Below, in pieces: positions 26,389 to 39,100 of a stretch of DNA of 64,000 nt (positions are counted from its first letter, which is position 1; every line of letters begins with the position of its first letter). The notes under the pieces were generated by a model that did no database searches, was not told the DNA's origin, and saw only the letters and a list, made by a program, of their open reading frames with translations. The position numbers and the translations under genes were made by a program. This DNA is from Monocercomonoides exilis PA203 (taxonomy: Eukaryota; Protista; Preaxostyla): contig LSRY02000040.1 of the NCBI GenBank assembly GCA_001643675.2, positions 868,001 to 932,000 of the forward strand. The letters run 5' to 3'.

Positions 26389-27104
26389 AGTGAGGCAAAA
26401 TGTTTTTTATGAAACCATCAAAAATCAAATAAATGAAGTTGGCTTGGAAAAACATTAGTGCTGCATGATTATTTCTAATTTTATTGTATTTATGTTTTTG
26501 CTTTTTGTTTTTATTAAAACAAACACCTTTCCATGTCGAAGTGTAAATCAATGCTTTGAGTTGAAAGTGAATTGTCAGCAATGGCAAATCAAATATTCAT
26601 GAAATGTTTTCACTGTTTTCTTTGTTTATTTTTAATATCTTGAAACTTTTGGATGGTCGTTGGAAAAATAACTCCTTATTGAAAGCGGAAAGGTTTGATT
26701 CCGATTCTAAAATAGAAATGTTTTTCGTGCTGCGATATTTCATGGAAAGAAAACCATTTCTTCAATCAAATATATGGGAATACAAAAAGGTTTGATTGCT
26801 CATGAGAAACTGAATAAAAATGAACCTTTTTGTTCTTCTTTTTGCGAGACACACAAAATTAGCTTTTTCGAAACAATGCCACTTTAATACTTGTGATATA
26901 TTTTAATCTCATCTTTTAAAATAATAAGAAAATTATTTCTCTTGCATATTAATAAATTTTAAAAACATAAAGAATCCAAATATTCAACATAAAAAAAAAG
27001 TTCGGTAACACTCCAAAATCAACGAGGAAGATAAATGAAAAAGCTAAAGTCCTAACTGTCATGATTTATGAATATGATAAACAAAAAAATAAAATCCATC
27101 AAAA

Positions 27105-30100
27105 TCAAAACTGATTTAATGAATCCAAATCTCTTTTAAACGAAAGAAAACAGGAACAAAACCTATCAAACGAAAAGAGAGACGAAACATTAATCATTTC
27201 CACTAATTCACTTGCGGATTCTGGAATGGCTTGAGAAAATGATTGCGAACGAGTGTCATTGGCCAGTTGTAATCCACCAAATGAAAGACATTTGCTCAAA
27301 TTGTTCGATTTGAAGCTATCAGTTTCTTTCTCATTTGACGAACAAGCTTCTGCCACTCTATCTATCTCATTCACACTCATGTGTACTTTTCCATTCTTTT
27401 TCTTTCTTCTCAGCTTTCTCTTTGCTTCTGAATCCACGTGATTCCGTTTTTGCCGCATTAACATGATGTCCAAATGCATAATCTTCTTTTCTTCCATTTT
27501 TAAAGCTTCAAATACTTTTTTCTTTCTTTTTTCTTCATTTTCAAACTTCTGAAAAGATAAAAGCAGCACAAACATGAAAAGCTCAGAGAAAGAAGGGAAA
27601 AGAAGATGGTGAAAGAAACTGTGCGAAGAAAACGAAGAAAAGGAAGATAATGACGAAAGACGAGATGAAAAAGAATCCTTCAAAGAATTCCGAGTGAAGG
27701 TGAAAGAGGAAGGAGAAGGAGGCAGTTGATGAATGCTGAATGGATACAAGGCAGACAGCTTCACAGGAAACTTGTTTGTTTGCAACAGCCCCAAACACGA
27801 TTTGTTAGAAGAGAAGGAAGAAGAAGAAGAAGAAGAAGAAGAATTAGCAGAAAATTGATCGAAACAGCATGAAGAGAAATAATCTTTATGTTGAAAAGCA
27901 GAAAATTCACCATACGATTGACAATGCTCAGTTTTATTGCACTTTGATGAAACCAATTTTGAGGCTATTTCTCTTGCTGAAGAGTCAGAAAGAGAGCGGT
28001 TGTGATAGCAACAATGATGATATCTGTGACAATATGTGTTAATGCATTGCTCATTAACATTAACATTGGTGATCTGCTTGTTGCTGTTTGATGAAGAGGC
28101 GGACAAAGGCAATGAAGAAGACAACGATTGCTGCGGAGAATGAATGAACGGTGGGGAATTGCAAGAAGAGGCAGATGGGAAGAAGCTTCGATATTTCGAA
28201 GAAGTTGAAGAAGAAGACAGATTTATCATCAAACTTTTTGGGCGAGCAGAAAGAGCTGAAGAAGCAGCAGGGGTATTTGAAGAAGGAATGAAAGAAGAAA
28301 CAGCCGACAGATTTGAAGAAGCCAATGAAACCGAATAGCGCTTCATTGGCGAATCAACAGCTGAAGAGTTGTTCCTCCTCTTGTTCGCATTGCTGGCATT
28401 TTCTGCAATGAAAGAGCGTCTCATTGAACTGCACTCACGGCAATGGCATCTGATTCCAGAAAGAAACATGGAAAGCGGGTGCGAAAGAGAGGAAAGCGAG
28501 GAAAGAGAGAAAGAAGAAGGAGAAGGATGAAGAGAAAGAGGGATCGGAGGAAGATGCAGAGCAGAGGATAGAGAATTGTCGTTCGAAAAAGACGGGGAGA
28601 GAGAAGAAACAGAAGAAGAAGAAGAAGAAACTTCTTTCTCTATTGGACTGATCGGATCATTCAAACGCGGAGGCGGAGGAATGATTCCAAGTTCAGATGC
28701 ACTTTTGTGAGAGGAAGAAGAAAAATGAGAAGGAGGAGGAGGAGGAGAAGAAGAAGAGCTGAAATAACCAGAAAGAGTGTTTGGCGGAGAATCCAACAGA
28801 TTTGGAGAAGAAGGATGCATTGCGTGGTTGCTGGATTCTTCATCACTAACATCAGACTCTGCAGTTGTGTGCTTGCTTTCTTCACCACTTTTTTCGCTTT
28901 CCTCAGACGAACAATGCTTATTTGACTCAAATGTATCACAAGTGCAACAATCGTTCTCTTCGTCCTTCCCTTCTTTCTCCTTTTTCTCACTTTTTTCCTT
29001 CGCTTTTCCAGATGCTTCTTTGCACTTCTCAGCATTCGCTGCCTTCTTTCTTGCCTCTCCCCATCCATCGCTGGAGGCTCCTCCTCTCCCAAATCCATAC
29101 ACTCCCTTCGCAAATGTCACTGTCTCATCGTTCAGCTCGTTCTTCACCACGAACAAATCCTTCAAATTCTGCTCATACAAAAGCAGGTCGCACTCATCTT
29201 CTCTCAGCCTTTGCAGAAGCAGAGTGTCGATTGAGGCAGAGGCAACAGGAAGAAGAAGAGAGAGGAGAAGAGGAGGAAGCGAGGAGGAATAAGGAGAAGA
29301 TGAAGGAAATGAAGAATATGAAGAAGATGAGAAAGGGGAGGAAGGAGAAGATAATGAAGATAAGTTTTGATCATTCACAAAAGACAAATTGCACAAGTTG
29401 GATGATTGCTCTGAAGAATAATTTGGAGAAGAAGAAGAAGAAGAAGAAGAACTTTGAAAAGATGAATTTCTTTCTGAATAAATCGGACAAAAGTTGCATT
29501 TCCCCCCCAATTCTGAATGAAAAATTAAACATGGCTCAGATTTCGATTTGCAAAGTGCATATTTCTTTGAGCAAAAAGAAGAACATTTTGAACTATCACA
29601 ACTGCTTTTGGCTTCGGCATCAATATCATCCAGTTGCTTCTCATTTTCATTGATGGTAAATGAGTTTCCTTTATTTGTTTCTCTTTCTCCTTCTTTTTCT
29701 CCTTCTTTTTCTTTTTCTTTTTCTTTTTCTTTTTCTTTTTCTCTTTCTCTTTTTCTTTCCAACTCCTTCTGTCTTCTAAGGAACAAGTGCCAATCCATCA
29801 GAAATGCCTCTTCGTTTGCGGGTGCGCAAAGATAAACAGCAGAAAAAGAGAGAACGAGAAGAAGAGGGCAACAAGAAGACTTGGCAATCGACACGACAGG
29901 AAGAATAAGCAGAACAGAGGAAAATTCTGTTGGAGAAGGATTGTTGTTATTGCTGGAAGAAGAAGAAGAAGGAAGAGAGAAAGAAGAAGGAGAAGGAGAA
30001 GGAGAAGAGGAAAAAGAAGAAGGATGAGAAGATTTCAAAGCACTGTTACTGCTATTTATGCATCCCGTTTTATTATCATTTCTTTGCAAATTTATTCCAG

Positions 30101-33100
30101 CATATTTTTCCCACAATTTCTGATGAGAAGAATGTGTCTTTTTCAGCAAATTCTTCCACATTCCAACATTTTCATTGAATTTGACAGAAAACTCATTCAA
30201 ATTCTCTCTTTCGCCAAATTCTATTTTGTGATTTTCTTTCTCTTTAACCATCTTTATTGTATCATAATCTTTATTTCCAGTGTTATCTTCTTCTTTCTGA
30301 ACACATTTTCTTTCTCTTTCATTCTTCTCTTCCTTCATTTCTCCTTTTTCTTCATTTTCTTCCTTAACTTCTCCTTCTCTCTCTTCTTCTTCTCCTTCTT
30401 CTCCTTCCCTCTCAATCCATCTAAACACTCCCAATTCCACACAAGCAGAATGAACCAGACACAATTTGTGTGCAACACACTGCAATGTTTCTATCTCATT
30501 CATTGGCAGATGATGAGACAAGGGAAGAGAAGGAACTCTCACACGAGAAGAGGAAGAGGAAGAATAAGAAGAGGAAGGAGAAGGAGAGAAAGGAGAAGGA
30601 GAAGAAAAGGAAGAAGAAGAAGAAAGAGAAGATCCCAAATGAGAGCGATATTTTGAGCTTTTCTTTTGCGAGTTGAAAAGAGAGAAGCGTCTGACCAAAG
30701 GAGAATGAGAGGAAGTGGGAGAGATTGGAGGAAGAGCAGAAGAAGAGGAAGAAGAATGCAAAGAAGAAGAAGAAGAAGAAGGAGAAAAGGAGGAATAGGA
30801 TGAAGAAAGAGAAGAAGAAGAAGAGGAAGAAGAAGAGGAGGAGGATGAAGCAGACGATGCTGCTAAGTTAGAAGAAGAGGAATACAAAGAATTTGACCGA
30901 ACAGTGAGATTTCTGGGTTTAGGAGAGGCAAATGAAAGAGAAGAAAGAGAAGAAGAAGAAGATGATGATGATGAAAGGGGAGAAGAAGAATAAGAATAAG
31001 AAGAGGAAGAGGAAGAAGAAGAAGAAGGGAACAAAATATGGTTGGAAGCGTTTAATGTTTGTGGAGAAGGCAAAAAGGGGAATTTCAGAGCAGGACAAAC
31101 ACGATGTCTTCTGAGGAGAGTGGGAAGAGAAAGAAAAGAAGAAGAAAGAGATAAATTAGAAGAAAAAGAAGAAGATGATGATGAAGGAGAAAAGAAGGAA
31201 GTGAAAGAAGAAGAAGAAGATGATGAAGAAGAAATTGGATGTTTTAATAATATTTCTGCAGTATTCACAATCAAAGAAGAAGAAGAAGAAGAAGATGATG
31301 ACGAAGTCTGAAGAAGAGAAGGAGAAAGCGAAGGAATGCAAGAATATGAAGAAGAACGTTCATCAACAAGGAGAGCAGCAACAAAAATGGATTTTTCTGT
31401 TTCTTCGCCATTTTTCGGAGATTTTGGAGATTTTTGAGAATTTTTTGAGTTTTGAGGGTTTTTTCTGTTTGTTTGTGTTTTGATGGAAGAAGAAGACAAA
31501 GAAGAAAGAGAAGAAAGAGAAAAGGAAGGAGAAGAAGAAGAAGAGGAAGAAGAAGGGAAAGAAGAAGAGAAAGAAGAAGGCGAAATAGGAGAAGGAGAAG
31601 GAGAAGGAGAAGAGGAAGAAGAGGAAGAGAAAGAATTGCAAAGAGGAGAAGGAGGAGATTCATTTTCAGAGAAGGAAGAATTATTCACATTGTTATTATC
31701 ATGATGATCAAAAGGAGAAGAGGAAGAAGAAGAGGAAGGAGAAGGGGAAGAAGAGGAAGAAGAAGAATGAGAAGAAGAAGACAAAGTTGAATGATGAGGA
31801 GGAGGTTGAGGGCTTAACACTTGAACAGAAGAATACAGAAGCTCAGGAATAGAAGAAGAAGAAGAAGAAGAAGAAAGAGAAGAAGAAGAAAGAGAAAGAG
31901 AGAGAGGAGGATCCAAACGAGGAGAAGAGACGAGAGGATTCGAAAGAGAGAGAGAAAGAGGAGGAGGAGGAGAAATTGAACGGGAAGGATTTTCTGAAGA
32001 AGAAGAAGATGATGATGATGAAGGAGGAGAAGGAGAAGGAGAAGGAGAGGGAGAAGGAGAAGAAGAAGAATTTACAGGAGAAGAAGATGAAGAGGACAAT
32101 GATGAATCAAGAGAAGATGAGGAAGCAGAAGATGGAGGAGGAGGAGGAGGAGGAGGAGGAGAAGAAGAAGAATCAAAAGGAGATTTTGATGCTAATAAAG
32201 AAATATTATTCATTTGTTGTTTTTTGTTTGTTTTTTCATCTGAAACAGAATTTTCTTTGAAAGTTGAATGGAATGAAAAGTCCTTCACAACAGAACGAAT
32301 CAGAATGGGGCGAAGATCCAATGAAAAAGAAGAGGAAGAGGAAGAGGAAGAGAGAGAAGAAAGAGAAGAAGAAGAAGTTGAAGGAGAAGAAAAGGAAGAA
32401 GAAGAAGAAGAAGTTAGAAAAGAAGAAGAAAGAGGAAGAAGAAAAGTAGGTTGATTAAGAATGACATCGAGATCTTCCTGAGGAAAGATAGGTGAATGGA
32501 ATCTTTGAGCCATCGAGAAAGCAGAAGAAGAGGGAAAAGAAGAGGAAGAGGAGGAAGAAGAAGAAGAAAGAGAAGAAGAATTGTTTTGAGTGAAGATGAA
32601 ATCAAAAGAAAGAAGAGAAGTGAAAAACGGTTCGAAAGGATTGTTGTGTGCGTGATGGACGATGGAATGAGAGGAAGAGGAAGAGGAAGAAGAAGAAGAG
32701 AAGGAAGAAGAGGAATTTGAGGAAGAAGGAGAGGAAGAAAAAGAAGGAAGGGAAGATTTCATTGGTAAAATATCAACATTTTTTTGTTTTGTTGTTTGAG
32801 AAGAATGAATTGTGATTGAGTGTTTTCTATCAGAACTTGTCAAATCGTTATTTTCTGTTTTAACTTTGTCTTTTGATATTTCTTTCTTCTTTTCTTCTTT
32901 CTTTTCTTCTTCCCATTCCTCCTTCATCTCATTTCTTCCTCCTCTTCCTCCTCCTTCTCTTCCTTCTTTCTCTTTTTCTTTTTCTTTTTCTTTCTCCTTC
33001 TCCTTCTCTTTCTCCTTCTCCTTTTCTTTTGTTTCTCTTCTAATCATCTCGTATTCCTTGTCTGATGTTTGTTTCAGTGCAATTTCAGAGATAAACCGAA

Positions 33101-36100
33101 CAGGATCGAGAAAAGCAGAAAACAAAGACAAAAGAGGCAGAAGAAGATGAGAAAGAGAAATGGAATGGAACCAATTGAGATGGAGAGGAGGAGATGGAAA
33201 GGGGGAAGAGGAAGAAGAAAGAGAAGAGGAAGAAAGAGAAAAGGAAGAAGAAGAGGAAGAAGAAGAGGAGGGAAATGAAATTGGAGAAGAAGCTAAATTG
33301 GATGATGATGACGATGTGATTGATGAATTGACAGACGAAGATGATGAAATACATACGCTATTTATAGACTGAGAAGAAGAAGAAGAAGAAGAAGAAAGAG
33401 AAGAAAAAGAATTTAATGGAGTAGGAGAGGAGGAGGAAGAAGAAGGAGAACTTATAAATATTCCCGAATTCTCCTTCTTTTTCTTCCTCAAATCCTTCCT
33501 TTTTTGCTGCCTCAAAGCCAAAAGCGAGAAAAGCGAGGCGAAAGAAGAGCGAAGCTGAACAACAGAAACAAGAACTGACAGAGCGCTGTCAATTGAAATG
33601 ACACATGTCAAATCTCGCGAGCAGCGGAATTTCCGGGTGCGGCGATTTTTGACATGAGAATGATAACGGTGATGATGAAAATGAATGGGAGGAGAAGAAG
33701 GAGAGGAAGAGGAAGAGGAAGAAGAGGAGGAAGAAGAGGAGGAAGAAGAGGAAGAACAAGAAGAAGAACAAGAACAAGAGGAAGAAAATTCTTTGTTTTG
33801 TGGTGAAGGTGATTGTGAATGAATATTAGTTGGAGAAGGAGAAGAAGAATTAGAAGGGGAAGGGGAAGGCGAAGGAGAAGATGATAATGATGAGAAAGAA
33901 GAAGAACGAATTGAATGAGAAGAGGAAGAAGAGGAAGGGGAAGAAGAAGAAGAATGAGAAGAAGAAGAAGAAGAATGAGCACAGAGGAAAGCAATTGACT
34001 GAAGAAGACTTTTTGTGGTGGAATGAACAGAAAATTGGAGATAATCGAGAATTTCGTCTATCCAAAAGGGATTGTATTCGAATGAGAGGAGAGAAAGAGA
34101 AGAAGAAGGAGAAGAAGGAGAGGAAGAAGAGGAAGAAGAGGAAGGAGGAGGAGGAGAAGAAGAAGAAGAAGAAGAAGGAGGAGGAGGAGAAAGAGAAGAA
34201 TTATTTGGTTTGGTTGGATTGGAAGAAGGATTCATTTTGGAGTTGGTAAATGAAGGAGAAGGAGAAGGAGAAGAAAAAGTTAAACATGATTGTGAAAGAG
34301 AAGAAGAAGAAGAAGAAGAAAACGAAGATGATAATGAAGAAGAAGAATCCAAACAACTCTTTTTAATTATATAATTTCCCTTTTCCAATGTTTTCATTTC
34401 CAAATGAGGAGAAAGAAGAGAAGGAGGAAGAGAAGAGAAATAGACAGAAGAAGAAGGAATATCCACAAACACTCTTGGAAACTCATCCTGAATGAATGAG
34501 GAAAGAGGAAGAGAAGAAGAAGAAGAGAGAAAGGAAGAAGATGAAAGAGAAGAAGAAGAGGAAGGCGAAGAAGAAGATGTTTTGTCCAAAATGAAAGAAG
34601 GAATAGAATTCATCAACAGATTCCGCGAACCAGAATCGAGTGAAGATTTGCTATTATGACTAGAATTTGTATTTGTATTTGAATTAAAATTTAAATGAGA
34701 AGAAAAAGAAGAAGAGGGAGAAGAAGAAGAAGATGTTGATGATGAAGGAGAAGGGAGATAAGAAGAAGCAAAAGCAGAAGAAGAAGAGGAACGAGGAGAA
34801 AAAGAATATGAACGCATTCGAAATTTCATTTCTTTTTCGGTTGAAATTGAATTTTGATGAGAAGAAGAAAGAATCACAGAAGAAGAAGCCAAAGCAAAAG
34901 GATTGGATGAATGAAGAGAAGGAGGAGGAGGAGGAGGAGAAAGAGGAGGAGAAAGAGAAGAAGAAAGTGAAGAAGAAAGAGAAGAAGGGGGAAAATGAGA
35001 AGAGAGAGAAAAAGAATGATCGGAAGAATTGATAGAAGGAGAAGAAGAGGAAGAAGAAGAGGAATGAATTAATGGATTGCTTTGAGTATTAAAAGATAAT
35101 TTCATCGAAGAAGAAGAAGAGGGGGTGGTGGTGGAGGAAGAGGAAGAAGAAGAAACAGAAGAATTTTTTCCATTGAAATGGAGTGGATGAGAAACAGAAA
35201 TGAGATGAAAGAAAGAAGAAGACAAATCTTCAGAAGGAGGAAGAAGAGAAGGCGAAGAAGAAGATAATGATGAAGAGGAAGAGAAAGAAGAAGAAGGTTT
35301 ATTGAAAAGAGAAAAAACCGAAGAAAGTGAATAAGATGCAGGCATTTCAGAGAAAGTCAGAAGAAGCGAATTTTGAAGAGGAGGAAGCAAAAGATGAGAA
35401 GAAGAATAAGGAGAAGGAGAAGAGGAAGAGAAAGAAGAGAAAGAAGAAGAGAAATAAGAGGAAGAAGTTAGAGAAGAAAGAGAAGAAGAGGCAATTAAAT
35501 CAGAAGAGAAAGGAAGAGAAGGAGGAGGAATTGGAATGGAAGAGGAAGAAGAGGAAGAGGAAGATGAATGCTTTGTTGAAGAAGAATTATCAATTGAAGA
35601 AGAAGAAGAAGAAGAAGAAGAAGGTTTATGCGATGATTCAGAAGGTAATGTTTCCGATTCAATAGCAGAAAGTATAGAAGAAGAGGAGGAGGAGAAAAAA
35701 GAAGAAGGAGAAGGAGAAGGAGAAGGAAGAGAAGAAGGAAGAGAAATAATGTTTGCAATGTTATTTGATGAATTATCTGATTCGTTTGCTTTTTGATTAA
35801 TTTCGTCTTTCTCTTTTTTCGTTTCTTTTTCTTTTTCTTTTTCTTCTTTTGAATTTTCATCTTCCTCTTCCTCTTCAATCTTTTCATCATCATCTTCATC
35901 AACATCATCTTCTTCATCTCTTTCTCTTTCATCTTCTTTTTCTCTTTCACAATCTTCTTCTTCTCCTTCTCCTTCTCTTCCTCTTTCCTCTCTCACAATC
36001 AAAGGCAACACTCCAACTTCTTCCAGAAATGAGAAGGGAACATTTGGATTGGTGCAAATGGCATACAAAAAAATCAATGTTTCATTGGAAAGCGATTCAC

Positions 36101-39100
36101 AAGCAGAAAATTCTTCTTCTCTTTCTCTTTCTCTTTCTCTTTCCCTTTCCCTTTCTTCTCTTTTTAATTCTTCTTCTTCTTCTTCCTCCTCTTCTTCTTT
36201 TCTCCTTTTTACTTCATTTTCTTTTGATAACCTTTGAAATATTTTTTCGCTTTTCTCTTTTTCTTCTTTTCTTTCTCTCTCTTCCGCTGCCTCTTCTTCG
36301 TTTTCTTCTTCCTCCTCCTCCTCTTCTCCTTCTTCTCCTTCATTTTCATCTTCTTCCTCTTCTTCCTCTTCCCCTTCTTCTTCTTCTTCTTCGTTCTTGT
36401 ATTTGTTTTCATTTTCTTCATTTTCCTTCTCCTCATCATTATCTTTATCATCATCATCATCTTCTTCTTCTTCTTCGTTTTCTTCTCTCTCTTCCTCTTC
36501 TTCTTCCTCCTCTTCCTCCTCTTCTTCTTCTTCTCCCCCAAATCTTCCTCTTTCTTTGCATCTCAAACATTTCCTCAGCAAAATCTGAAGAAAATTGACT
36601 TGTGAATGTTTTTCGATCGTTTTTGCGAAGAATTCTCTTTCGACTTCGTTCATTTTCGAAGAAGACGATGAAGAAAATGAATGTTTTTCGTTTTCTTTGC
36701 TTTTCTGTGTAAAAGAAGAAGAAGAAAATATTGAAGAATTTTGTTCTTTCTCTTCTTTTTCTTTCTTTTCTTCTTTTCTTTCATTTTCTTTCTTCTTCTT
36801 CCCTTTCTCCTTTTCGATTTTCTCCTTCATTAAACTTCTTCTTCTCCCTTCTTCTTCTCCAAGTTTGTTGAAAATCGTGCTGAGAATGTCAAATGCTTTG
36901 ATTTCAGTTGAGGTTTGAGGAGAGGCAATTGAATTGGAAAGAGAGGAATATGAATGTGTTGAGGAGTGAAATGAAGAAGAAGAAGAAGGAGGAGGAGGAG
37001 GAAGAGGAGGAGAAGGAGAAGGAGAAGAAGATGAAGAAGAAGAAGAAGAAAGAGGAGAAGAAGAAGAATTTTCTATTTCGTTTGTATTTTCATTCTTGCT
37101 CATATTAGGAGAATTACTGAATAAATTACCACTTTTATTGTCATTTCTTCTTTCAACATGTTTTGAGGCAAAACGAACAAGAAAGCGGAAGAAAGAGTTG
37201 AGCATTTCAAAAGAAAGAGGACGAATTCGATTTGAAGAAGAAAGAGAAAAAGAGGAAGAGGAAGAAGAATGTGATAATGAAGAAGAAGAATATGAAGAAG
37301 ATTTCTTTATTTTGAAAATATTTTCTTCATTTCCTTTTATTTCATCATCATCATCATAATCATCATCATCATCTTCTTCTTCTTTCCTCCTCTTCTTTTC
37401 TCTTTCATCTCCTTCACATAACATTCTTTTCTCTTTCTCCTTCTCCTTCTCCTTCTCCTTCTCCTTCTTCTCTTCCTCTTCCTCTTCTTCCTCTTCCTCT
37501 TCCTCTTTCCTTCTATTTGTTGCACATTCCATCCAGAAAGAAGGAAATAGCATCATTTGCACTAAACTTGGCAGAGTTGAGAACAAAAATGGAGAATTCA
37601 TCAGAATAAAGCCAATTTGATGAAGAAGATACAAATGAGAATCAAATATATTGATTGGAGAAAGAAGAGAAGAAGAAGAAGAAGAAGAAAGAGGAGGAGG
37701 AGGAGGAGAAGAAGAATTAAGAAATGCTGAATTCTTTGAAATTTCCTTCTTTTCCCTGTCCCCACTCCACATCATCGTTATTTCATCTTTTTCTGACAGA
37801 AAATCAGTTTTTGAGTGAGGAAGAGAAGAAAGAAAGCGATTTGGATGATTTTTAAGCCAATGAAAAAAGAAAGAAGAAGGTTGCAAAGAAGCAGGAAGAC
37901 GAAGCAAAAACAGGTTTTGCTGCGTCATTTTGAAGGGATTTTCAGACAAAAGAGATTCATTTGAAGATGATTGAGAAGAGAAAGAATGAGAATTCAATTG
38001 AATGGCATTGTTATGAGGATTAATGCTATGAGCATTAACTATTTCTGCTTTTTCTGCTTTTTCTTCTTTTTCAGTTTTTTCCTTCTTTTCTTTCTCTCCA
38101 ATTTGTTTGTTTATCATCGCATTCGCATTCCTCTTCTTCTCATTTCTATTTCTTTTTATACCTCTTCTTCTTCTTCTTCCTCTTCTCTTCTCTTCTCTCA
38201 TACTTTCAAACAAATCACTCCAAATTAAATCTTTTTCTACTTCTTTTCCTTCTTCCTCTTCTTCTTCATATTCATCATCATCATCTTCTTCTTTCTCATT
38301 GGGAAACAAACATGAATTAGAAAGCAGCATTTCTTCAATGGAATTCGTGTTGTTGCTGAATAATTCTTCAAATTTAATTTCTTTGTCACTTAAATCTTCA
38401 CAACATAAATCCATTTTGTTATCTTCTTTCTTCTCTTCTCCTTCTTCTCTAACCTTCTCCTTTTCTCCTTCTCCTTCTTCTCCTTCTCCTCTTCTTCCTC
38501 TTCCTCTTCCTCTTCCTCTTCCTCTTCTTTCTATTCTATTTGCTTTCATCCATTGAAAAATGCTTTTGTGCAAAAAATACTCCAAAAGCGCTCGTTTTGC
38601 GTCAATTCCGAAGCATTTGAGAAGAGGAGGGACATTTAGACAGGAAGAGAAAGAGGAGAGAGAAGAAGAAGAAGAAGAAGAAAGAGAAGAAGAAGAAGAA
38701 GTGAATAAAGATTGAGTGATTGGAGATGTTCGAGAATGAAATACAGAAGCAATAGGAATTGAACACAACATTGTTTGCATGTTGTTAATAGAAACATTTG
38801 TGTGTGTGGAAGAAGAAGAAGAAGAAGGAGAAAAAGAAGAAGAAAATTTTAAAGAAGAATTAGAAGAAGAAGAAGAAGAAGAAGAAGAAGATGATGATGA
38901 TAATGAGGAATTCAAAGAAGAATAAGCAACAGGATTATTAGCAAGTCCAGTGGCATAATCATAATTCACTCTTCCATCTTGGAATGTCTGCATCCAACTC
39001 AAAAGAAGAGTCAGAGGAAGAGGAAAAGAAGAAATTAAACTGTTTTCATTTTCTGTGCCATCAAAAATCAATCTTTTTCTTCTTGTTTCGCATTCAAATT